Below the pieces are notes generated by a model. That model did no database searches and was not told the origin of the DNA. It worked only from the letters and a program-made list of their open reading frames with translations. Below are positions 1 through 6,505 of a DNA stretch of 24,000 nt, in pieces; the stretch's first letter is position 1, and every line of letters begins with the position of its first letter. Position numbers and translations under genes: made by a program. Source of the stretch: Nitrosospira sp. (lineage in GTDB: Bacteria; Pseudomonadota; Gammaproteobacteria; Burkholderiales; Nitrosomonadaceae); the NCBI GenBank assembly GCA_026399575.1, contig JAPLQS010000066.1, forward strand, positions 1 through 24,000, in the 5' to 3' direction.

Positions 1-237
1 AACATCAATCACTTCAAAAGGAGATTAATTCCATCTCAGTCTGGTCGACTTACCCACAGCCATGTAGTACGCTACATCGCTATAACGCCTGGTCAATTTT
101 CAACCGGCACAGATGGTCAGTTTTCAACCGGCAGCAACACTCCAAGTTCTATTTGTCTCTTACCCATCATATTCCCCATCGAAAATCGTGGAGAAATTTT
201 AGGATTCGAACTCAAAGTGAATGAAAAATTTGCATGA
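1..237 (+). CDS. 3' end of an ORF entering from the left edge, product unknown
   Basis: Frame 1 is open from base 1 to TGA at 235-237 (NINHFKRRLIPSQ...GQFSTGTDGQFSTGSNT...KVNEKFA*). It is absent from the ORF track because it has no in-window start. The region is AT-richer than the rest of the window. No family recognised. Confidence 0.3.
   Translation, partial: NINHFKRRLIPSQSGRLTHSHVVRYIAITPGQFSTGTDGQFSTGSNTPSSICLLPIIFPIENRGEILGFELKVNEKFA
91..138 (+). repeat. 2 x 24-nt tandem repeat inside the edge ORF (encodes GQFSTGTD / GQFSTGSN)
   Basis: 91-114 ggtcaattttcaaccggcacagat vs 115-138 ggtcagttttcaaccggcagcaac; 19/24 identical by hand count. Confidence 0.9.
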
Positions 238-357
238 GCACCCCTAAAACCCGCGCCATTACAGGAACTCCTCTGGAGCTCTCTTCGTTATTGGGCTTCA
301 GAGGGGCATGGCGCTCCAGCCCTCTGGATTAAAGGGTCCTCGGATGATGTGCAGTGG

Positions 358-381
358 CCTCACCCATCACCTCACCCATCA
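358..381 (+). repeat. Perfect 2 x 12-nt tandem repeat cctcacccatca
   Basis: 358-369 and 370-381 are identical. A third related copy (ctcttacccatcat) lies at 157-170. Non-coding context. Confidence 0.9.
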
Positions 382-828
382 TTTAATTTGAAATGTAATG
401 ACTCATTGTGAGCTCTAGTGACAGCATGTAAAATGCCAGCCATTGTGCAGTTGGCAAAATTTGATACGCCGTGCGGTGAGGTGAAGTTCTATTTAAGTAG
501 CCACCCTCTCCGCCAAGACGACATCCAGTAAAAGTATGTGGTGAGTTCTGGAACAATGGCACCGCCTTGAGAATGGTATGTTTCCTGTCTGCGGCAAGCG
601 TCCTATTGGTCAAACAAACGCGCTGCAGCTATTGGAAACCATCCGCAAGACAGACGCCCGTGGCACATACACGCGCGGCGAATACTTGCCAGAATGGCGC
701 GCAAAGCCGTCGTCGCGTCCGCGCAGAGGGGTTCTCTTAATGCTTTACAACCTTACCAAGCGGCATGATTACAGCGATGGCCTGTCTGCAGTAACGTTTG
801 GGGCACAGTATCTCAGCAGGTGAAAAGA

Positions 829-1131
829 ATGCTTTGCATGAAAATGACTGTTGTAGTTGCCTGGGCATTATCGCTGCTTGCCGCACCCGTTCTTGCACGG
901 GACGTAATGTACCCGGCACTTCCCGGCACTGCGCTCCGGGACCATAGCAAGCCAGGCAGGTTAATCGAGGGTAATAATGTTTATCCGACCATACCTGGCA
1001 CCTCGCTCAGAGATTATGACAAACCGGGGTATATTGTTGAGCGCCACGATGATGGATCAGTCACTTTTCATCCGACGCTCCCGGGTACGTCGCTCAGGGA
1101 TTATGGCAAAACTGACCATTTCGTAAAGTAA
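829..1131 (+). CDS. Small secreted protein with three YP-x-[LI]-PGT-[AS]-LRD-[HY]-x-K motifs, function unknown
   Basis: ORF 820..1131. ATG 829 is preferred because AGGTG at 816-820 precedes it by 8 nt (821-828). Signal-peptide-like N-terminus (MLCMKMTVVVAWALSLLAAPVLA|RD). Contains a threefold internal motif. Confidence 0.6.
   Translation: MLCMKMTVVVAWALSLLAAPVLARDVMYPALPGTALRDHSKPGRLIEGNNVYPTIPGTSLRDYDKPGYIVERHDDGSVTFHPTLPGTSLRDYGKTDHFVK
910..1116 (+). repeat. Three copies of a 16-aa motif (YPALPGTALRDHSKPG / YPTIPGTSLRDYDKPG / HPTLPGTSLRDYGKTD)
   Basis: Motifs are encoded at 910-957, 982-1029 and 1069-1116, read directly from the translation. Confidence 0.85.
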
Positions 1132-1137
1132 TTGCCG

Positions 1138-2337
1138 CTAGTCTGACGGTGCCGGGAAGATCTGCAACGCAATGAATTGTGTGAATTGTCGGCTGCTGAA
1201 GTTATTGTCGGATACAAGTATCAGCGTCGCTTTGCCCTCAAACTCCGGGCCCGGAGTAATCCCTTCAATATTGTCGAGTGCCAGAATTGAGCCATCGTCT
1301 TGTTTCAGCTCGGACAGATCAAGCAGCAGGGTCTTGGTTACGGCTTTGATATTTTGACCGGCTATCGATTCAAGCCCGGAGATATCGGTGGCACTTCTGG
1401 CATCGACGTAAAACAGGCGGATGGTTTTGCCGGTAACTGGCGAGCCGGGCGTCTGCGCACCGAGCGCATAAGAGCGTTCGATGGCGATGAACTGGCGATC
1501 ACCGACGGCAAGCATGTCCGTCAGTCCGTTGGTGGCATACAGGCCCGGCACAATGGGCGCAACCGCAACCTGCTCTACTTCATACACATACTCGGCGCCG
1601 GGTAACCCGGTGGCAATATCGAAGGACAGGATGCGTGCGCGCGATCCATTGCCCACAGCGGCGGGCAGACTATCCTGTGCCAGACCGTTTTCAGTAGCGG
1701 TGTACAACGTGTTGCCATCTTTCGAGATGGTCAGGCTCTCGAAAGCCAGGTTGTCATATATACCTTTGTCACCCGATCTGATCCCGTGTGTGGAACCCGA
1801 TGGATGGTAGTAATCAGGCACGGTGAAATCGCGTACATGACTGCCGTCGAGGTTCATCTCGCGCACGGCGGGATTCCGGTACCCGGCACGGCTGCGCCGG
1901 CCTTCATCGCTCCAGTAAATCCTGTTGCGAGAGGGGTCAAAGCGCAGCCCTTCCGGGTCCACCGTGTTTCTCGCGAAGGCGCCGCCACCCGGCTGCTGGA
2001 TGGTCGTGACCGCGTCAAAGTTCACCCCGGCGTAACCGGGCTTGGATGAGCGTTGAAACTTTGCGAGATCCAGACTCAATTCATAAAAGCGTGCCGGGTT
2101 GATGCTACTGCGGTCGTCGCTGATGGCGAAGTAACGGCCGCTATTCGCGTTGTAGTCCAGGGAAGAAAGACCACCCACAACAGTGTCATCAAAAATTGTG
2201 CCGCTGGGCACAATCTGCTGACCCAGATAGCCTAGGACAAAACCACCCGCCTGGGCTGGCAAGGCCAGTGAGCAGACGGCAGCAACGATGACACAAATTT
2301 TTCGATTAAGATTCAATAGCAAACTTCTTGCCCCCAA
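1138..2337 (-). CDS. Secreted phytase-like esterase family protein (beta-propeller type)
   Basis: 399-aa ORF with a TTG start at 2337. Hydrophobic signal-like segment (KICVIVAAVCSLALPAQA). The overall sequence pattern (DPEGLRFD..., LDNIEGITPGP..., LILVSDNNF) matches my memory of the esterase-like-activity-of-phytase family. Confidence 0.7.
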   Translation of the reverse strand: MGARSLLLNLNRKICVIVAAVCSLALPAQAGGFVLGYLGQQIVPSGTIFDDTVVGGLSSLDYNANSGRYFAISDDRSSINPARFYELSLDLAKFQRSSKPGYAGVNFDAVTTIQQPGGGAFARNTVDPEGLRFDPSRNRIYWSDEGRRSRAGYRNPAVREMNLDGSHVRDFTVPDYYHPSGSTHGIRSGDKGIYDNLAFESLTISKDGNTLYTATENGLAQDSLPAAVGNGSRARILSFDIATGLPGAEYVYEVEQVAVAPIVPGLYATNGLTDMLAVGDRQFIAIERSYALGAQTPGSPVTGKTIRLFYVDARSATDISGLESIAGQNIKAVTKTLLLDLSELKQDDGSILALDNIEGITPGPEFEGKATLILVSDNNFSSRQFTQFIALQIFPAPSD

Positions 2338-2398
2338 GGTGGTGCTGGTGCAGGTCAGGTTATAATCGATTCTTCCACATGCAATCGCAGGAGTTACT

Positions 2399-3172
2399 TT
2401 GTTTAAACTCGTTGGCGCCCTGATAGGGTATTACTTCCTCGGAATTTCAGGGGCATTTATTGGTTATTTCCTGGGGAGCATGATCGACCGTTTTAGCGCT
2501 TACGGCATGGGTGGCGTTAACCCGCTCAGCAAAGGTCAGCGCCAGACGGTTTTTCTTGAAACCGTTTTCATTTTGATGGGAAAACTGGCCAAGGCGGATG
2601 GGCATGTATCGAAAGACGAGATCGAGCATGTCGAACAGTTTATTCAAAAACTGGGCATGTCTGCCGAGCACAGACAACGGGCGATCTCTCTTTTTAAGCA
2701 AGGAACCGATCCGGATTTTGATTTTGCACCGAGCTTGATGAAATTCATGGCCATTTGCGGGCATACGCATAGCTTGCGACAGATGCTGCTGGTCTATCTC
2801 ATTGTCATGGCCTTGTCTGACGGGCGCATTGATTCGGCCGAAGAGAGTCTGCTGATAGAGATTGCCCGTCATCTTGGTTACGACCAGGCCGCATTCCAGC
2901 ATATGCTGGATATGATTCTAAACCAGTCGCACTTTGCCGGTGGCCAAGCGACCTCTGCCACCGCGTTGGAGGATGCTTATAAAGCGCTGGGTGTGAGCAA
3001 GGAAAGCAGCGACCAGGAAGTCAAACGGGCTTATCGCAAGTTGATCAGCCAGTATCACCCTGACAAGTTAATGGGCCAGGGTGTTCCAGAAGACATGATT
3101 GCCGTGGCTACCAAGCAAGCACAGGAAGTGCAGGTCGCTTACGATTTGATTGAAAAGAGTCGTAAGCAATAG
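2399..3172 (+). CDS. djlA: Co-chaperone DjlA (N-terminal TM segment, TerB-like domain, C-terminal J domain)
   Basis: 257 aa. TTG start 5 nt after AGGAG (2389-2393). The C-terminal J domain carries the HPD motif (AYRKLISQYHPDKL). N-terminal hydrophobic anchor. A TATAAT box lies at 2361-2366 upstream. Confidence 0.9.
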   Translation: MFKLVGALIGYYFLGISGAFIGYFLGSMIDRFSAYGMGGVNPLSKGQRQTVFLETVFILMGKLAKADGHVSKDEIEHVEQFIQKLGMSAEHRQRAISLFKQGTDPDFDFAPSLMKFMAICGHTHSLRQMLLVYLIVMALSDGRIDSAEESLLIEIARHLGYDQAAFQHMLDMILNQSHFAGGQATSATALEDAYKALGVSKESSDQEVKRAYRKLISQYHPDKLMGQGVPEDMIAVATKQAQEVQVAYDLIEKSRKQ

Positions 3173-3418
3173 TCGCTGCCAGGCACCCCGTTTATACAGG
3201 TAGGTGGCCAGTCTTCCTCAAAGCAGATGCTCAATGCACCAAGCTCATCGGCACGGCAGTAGCTGCGCAGCAACAACGAAATACGGAGAATGCAGCGCAG
3301 TGATATAAGGAACCTAAGGTTTCTACTGCTTATCGCTGACAGTACCAAGGCACGCCGGTCAGCGAGCGTCAACCACTCATCAACATTAGCTAGTCCGGCT
3401 TGCCGGCATGGGGGTTTC

Positions 3419-4006
3419 ATGAATGACCGCATCCGCGCTTTACTCAACCAGATAACGGCTCTCGAAAATGATCTGCAGACAGCACTGCAGGAGCAACAGA
3501 GCAGCATGTTCTTCCAGATCAAGGGAAAGCGCATCGAATTCGAAGGCTCCATCAAGCAGGCGCACCTGCGGCTCAAGAAGGGATTTTTCCGCTGGCTGGT
3601 GACCAACCGCCCGCAGAACCTCATCACCGGACCCGTTATCTACCTCATGATCCTCCCACTGCTCATTCTCGACCTGTGCGTGAGTTTCTATCAGGCGGTC
3701 TGCTTCCCGATTTACAAGATTGTGAAAGTCAGGCGTGCCGACTATATCGTGTTTGACCGGCAGCATCTCGGCTACCTCAACTGGATCGAGAAATTCCACT
3801 GTAGCTACTGTGCCTATGGAACCGGACTGGTTGCCTATATACGCGAGATCCTCGCGCGCACCGAGCAATACTTCTGTCCGATCAAGCACGCACGCAAGAT
3901 ACTCGGCACCCATGCGCGCTATGCCCGGTTTCTGGATTACGGTGATGCCCCGGACTATGAAGCCAGGCTGGAGGAATTCCGTATCGCGCTCGGCAAGATG
4001 AAATAA
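3419..4006 (+). CDS. Conserved-looking membrane protein with a Cys-containing C-terminal domain, function unknown
   Basis: ATG 3419 is preceded by GGGGG at 3410-3414, so the 3290 start in the track is probably an artefactual extension. N-terminal coiled-coil-like segment, one or two TM helices (ITGPVIYLMILPLLILDLCVSFYQAVCF), then HCSYCAYG...FCPIKHA. Confidence 0.65.
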   Translation: MNDRIRALLNQITALENDLQTALQEQQSSMFFQIKGKRIEFEGSIKQAHLRLKKGFFRWLVTNRPQNLITGPVIYLMILPLLILDLCVSFYQAVCFPIYKIVKVRRADYIVFDRQHLGYLNWIEKFHCSYCAYGTGLVAYIREILARTEQYFCPIKHARKILGTHARYARFLDYGDAPDYEARLEEFRIALGKMK

Positions 4007-4169
4007 ACCCGAACGGATGGCCGTATTGACCCGTCATTATTTCAAGGGTAGAGTCAAACCATTGGATTGGAAGCACCCAATTCCTATCTTCCTTGTAACC
4101 TTGCTGGAGCAGCAAGAACGAATATTTCTGCTCTGTCGTATACGATCCACACATAACCAAAAGAGGACA

Positions 4170-4622
4170 ATGATGAACAGAACAATTTCAACGTTTGTAG
4201 CAGGAATCGTATTCCTGGCTTCCACCTATACCCTGGCGCAAACTCCGGCACCAGCCCCGCAAGCGACGACACCCGCTCCTGCAACGAAGATAGAACGGGA
4301 AAGAAAGGATAAGGAAGACTCCAGAGATGGGCAAAAAAGGGAACGCAAGGATGAATCCAGGGGCGAGCGCAGAGACGAACGCAAAGACGGCCGCAAAGAT
4401 GAATATAAGGCCGATCATAAGGATGGTCACAATGATGGCCGCAAGGATGAGTCACGCGAAGAACGCAGAGGGGATGAGCGGGGAGAGAAAAAACGCGGGC
4501 TGGATCGGGCCGACGAAGCAGCCGGTGAGCATGGAAAGCACGGGCGCGACAATGCCCGTGGTCATGGCAAACACGGTGATCATGGCAATCATGGTAATCA
4601 TGGCAAACAGGGTAAACACTAA
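4170..4622 (+). CDS. Secreted, highly charged (K/D/E/R-rich) low-complexity protein with a His/Gly-rich C-terminus
   Basis: AAGAGGA at 4161-4167 precedes ATG 4170 and ATG 4173. Signal peptide MMNRTISTFVAGIVFLASTYTLA|Q, a PA-rich linker, degenerate ERKDE-type repeats, and the tail HGKHGRDNARGHGKHGDHGNHGNHGKQGKH. The 4017 start in the track is unlikely. Confidence 0.6.
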   Translation: MMNRTISTFVAGIVFLASTYTLAQTPAPAPQATTPAPATKIERERKDKEDSRDGQKRERKDESRGERRDERKDGRKDEYKADHKDGHNDGRKDESREERRGDERGEKKRGLDRADEAAGEHGKHGRDNARGHGKHGDHGNHGNHGKQGKH

Positions 4623-4645
4623 CATCACTAACAGAGGCTCCTCAA

Positions 4646-5374
4646 ATGAAAAATTCCTTGATAACCGGTATGTTGCTGGCATCCTCGCTCGCCATCGTCC
4701 AAGTGAACGATGTATTTGCTGATGAACTGGGTGCCCTGCTGGCCGACAACAAGCATGTCGTTCCATATCTGCCGACGGATGTAAAAGTTGCGAAGGGGGC
4801 AAGTTTTCGGTGTGACGAGAATGGCAGCGCAACAAAAGACACCTCCATCCACGGTCGCTGCATGAATTACGCCAGCGCGGCAACCCGTACATCGTGGAGA
4901 GTGCGGTACATATATGAGGGACAGGCTGACCGGGTTTTCAAGTATGAGAAACGCGGCAGCCGCGAGGCGCTGACCCCGTGGGTTATATTTGACACGGATG
5001 ACAGCGATGTCTACGGTCCACCCCTGCTTGTTTCTGCCGGAGCGAAACAGCAGTTTGTGCGCAATCGGGACAGCGCTGACTCAGAAAGCAGCAGCACTCC
5101 CGCGAGTAGTTCCGGGACATCCCAAGAATCTCAGGGATATCAGCAGGGATCCCGGTCCCAGCCCGTCACGACAGTGGATTGCAGCAGACTCGACCCCTAC
5201 GCGAAGATAGCCTGCGAAGCGGGTAATGCGAGCGCAAATGAGGCACTCAAGCAGGTGCCGCTGCCGCGTGCTGTCACCGCAGCGGACTGCAGCGGATTGG
5301 GTCCATTTGCGAGAATAGCCTGCGAAGCAGCTAATGCGGCTGCAGTCGAGGCTGTCAGAGGCTCTGGCAAGTAA
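4646..5374 (+). CDS. Secreted protein with a Ser-rich linker and a duplicated C-terminal two-Cys module, function unknown
   Basis: 242 aa, starting 23 nt after the previous stop, so probably co-transcribed. Signal peptide MKNSLITGMLLASSLAIVQVNDVFA|DE. C-terminal repeat DCS-x-L-x-P-[YF]-A-[KR]-IACEA-x-NA. Confidence 0.6.
   Translation: MKNSLITGMLLASSLAIVQVNDVFADELGALLADNKHVVPYLPTDVKVAKGASFRCDENGSATKDTSIHGRCMNYASAATRTSWRVRYIYEGQADRVFKYEKRGSREALTPWVIFDTDDSDVYGPPLLVSAGAKQQFVRNRDSADSESSSTPASSSGTSQESQGYQQGSRSQPVTTVDCSRLDPYAKIACEAGNASANEALKQVPLPRAVTAADCSGLGPFARIACEAANAAAVEAVRGSGK
5177..5356 (+). repeat. Internal duplication (36-aa period) encoding DCSRLDPYAKIACEAGNASANEAL / DCSGLGPFARIACEAANAAAVEAV
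   Basis: Copies start at 5177 and 5285. They share the exact 14-mer atagcctgcgaagc (5207-5220 and 5315-5328). Confidence 0.85.
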
Positions 5375-5381
5375 CCAAGGC

Positions 5382-5403
5382 GGGCTGAATACTTCTTCAG
5401 CCC
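5382..5403. terminator. Hairpin between convergent genes (candidate bidirectional terminator)
   Basis: gggctgaa (5382-5389) pairs with ttcagccc (5396-5403) around a 6-nt loop. It sits between stop 5374 (+) and the cbbR stop 5406 (-). No clear U-tract. Confidence 0.45.
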
Positions 5404-5405
5404 GT

Positions 5406-6320
5406 TCATCTCTTCGTCCCCGGCATCAATCCCGGGGCCTCTTTCAGCAGGAATTCCCGGAACGCCTGCGCCACGCTTGAGAGGCGCTTGTTTTTCCGAT
5501 GCACCACATGCCAGTGGCGCATGATGGGGAAACCCTGTACGTCCAGCACCTTGAGCCGTTTCGTTTCCAGCTCCAACTCAGCCGTGTGCAGCGACATGAT
5601 GCCCAGCCCCATGCCTGCCTGCACCGCCTGCTTGATCGCCTCATTGGTGTCCGTTTCCATGCCACGGTTGATACTGATGTGGTGCGCCGCGAAAAAACGC
5701 TCCATCGCGCCACGGGTACCAGAACCGGGTTCACGCACCAGAAAGGTTTCCTGTTCCAGTCTTTTTACCGGAATCTTGCGCAGCTTGCACAGCGGATGAT
5801 TCGGTGGCGCGATGACTACCAGCGGGTTTTCCATGAATGATTCCGTGGCGATATCCAGACCCTCCGGCGGCTGGCCCATGATGGCAAGGTCGGTTACGTT
5901 GTCGGCCAATTGCTTGAGCACGGTTTCGCGGTTGGAAACGTTAAGGCTCACGGTCACGCCACTGTAGCGTTGACAAAATTTGGCGAGCAGGTTTGGGGCA
6001 AAATAATTGGCGGTACTCACTACGGAAATATTGAGCTTGCCGCGTTCCAGGCCTTTCAGTTCATCCAGCGCCAGCTCCATATCGGCCAGCTGTTGAGAAA
6101 TAGCCCGGCTATAATGATAGAGTTCGCGTCCGGCGTCGGTCAGATAGATTTTCTTGCCCATTTGCTCGAACAGCGGCAGACCAATGTTATCTTCCAACTG
6201 TTTGATTTGCATCGAGACCGCTGGCTGGGTCAGATAGAGTTCCTCGGCAGCGCGCGAGAAGCTCAGGTTACGGGCAACCGATTCGAATACTTTTAATTGT
6301 CTTAAAGTAACATGCAGCAT
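5406..6320 (-). CDS. cbbR: LysR-type transcriptional regulator CbbR
   Basis: 304 aa. N-terminal wHTH (LRQLKVFESVARNLSFSRAAEELYLTQPAVSMQIKQLE) and a LysR substrate-binding domain. Divergently oriented from cbbL, the classical cbbR position. Confidence 0.9.
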   Translation of the reverse strand: MLHVTLRQLKVFESVARNLSFSRAAEELYLTQPAVSMQIKQLEDNIGLPLFEQMGKKIYLTDAGRELYHYSRAISQQLADMELALDELKGLERGKLNISVVSTANYFAPNLLAKFCQRYSGVTVSLNVSNRETVLKQLADNVTDLAIMGQPPEGLDIATESFMENPLVVIAPPNHPLCKLRKIPVKRLEQETFLVREPGSGTRGAMERFFAAHHISINRGMETDTNEAIKQAVQAGMGLGIMSLHTAELELETKRLKVLDVQGFPIMRHWHVVHRKNKRLSSVAQAFREFLLKEAPGLMPGTKR

Positions 6321-6342
6321 GGGTTGGATACGCCACAGAGAA

Positions 6343-6362
6343 TGATAAGGTTAATCTTATCA
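6343..6362. promoter_or_regulatory. Interrupted dyad tgataag-N6-cttatca in the cbbR-cbbL intergenic region (candidate LysR/CbbR site)
   Basis: Perfect 7-nt arms at 6343-6349 and 6356-6362. Followed by direct ttatcat repeats at 6357-6363 and 6366-6372, in an AT-rich divergent control region. Confidence 0.45.
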
Positions 6363-6423
6363 TGATTATCATAATTATTAATTTGTTCTTATGGTTATTC
6401 GTCTATATAGTTATGACTGGAAT

Positions 6424-6451
6424 TTGCAAATGGTCATGTTCGTAATACGAT
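6424..6451 (+). promoter_or_regulatory. Candidate sigma70-type cbbL promoter (TTGCAA-16 nt-TACGAT)
   Basis: -35-like TTGCAA at 6424-6429 and -10-like TACGAT at 6446-6451. Sequence match only. Confidence 0.3.
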
Positions 6452-6452
6452 C

Positions 6453-6486
6453 TCCCGCTTCCTCCTTCTGGGGGAAATGAGCGGGA
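6453..6486 (+). promoter_or_regulatory. cbbL 5' leader hairpin containing an anti-SD mimic (tcctcc)
   Basis: Outer stem 6453-6459/6480-6486 (7 bp). Inner stem 6460-6465/6470-6475 (6 bp with one G-U), loop ttct. tcctcc at 6460-6465 is the exact complement of the cbbL SD ggagga at 6494-6499. Confidence 0.5.
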
Positions 6487-6505
6487 TTCAACTGGAGGAA
6501 ACGCT

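Noticed and set aside
205-226. ggattcgaactc resembling the reverse complement of a tRNA T-arm (GGTTCGAATCC)
   Set aside because: The flanking bases do not form a proper 5-bp T-stem (mismatch and G-U), and no acceptor, D or anticodon arms could be built. It lies inside the edge ORF.
383-823. Track ORFs 383..613 (-) and 578..823 (+) in the left-end region
   Set aside because: No SD, no recognisable family, and implausible composition. The 578..823 ORF may be a fragment of something degraded, but I cannot support a call.
3306-3318. Exact 13-mer taaggaacctaag shared with 11940-11952, which spans the stop codons of the cbbN-like gene and the convergent gene
   Set aside because: A few exact 13-mer matches are expected by chance in 24 kb (roughly 24000^2/2 divided by 4^13, about 4). 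There is no extended similarity on either side.
3290-3418. N-terminal extensions proposed by the ORF track for the genes at 3419, 4170 (track start 4017), 14434 (track 14362), 15539 (track 15518) and 20425 (track 20419)
   Set aside because: In each case an internal ATG has a well-spaced SD and gives a sensible N-terminus (signal peptide or TM helix), while the extension is Arg-rich or otherwise atypical.
4100-4116. 7-bp hairpin cttgctg-gag-cagcaag as terminator of the 3419..4006 gene
   Set aside because: The loop is only 3 nt, the stem is modest, the downstream T-run is weak, and it lies 94 nt past the stop. Not enough to call.
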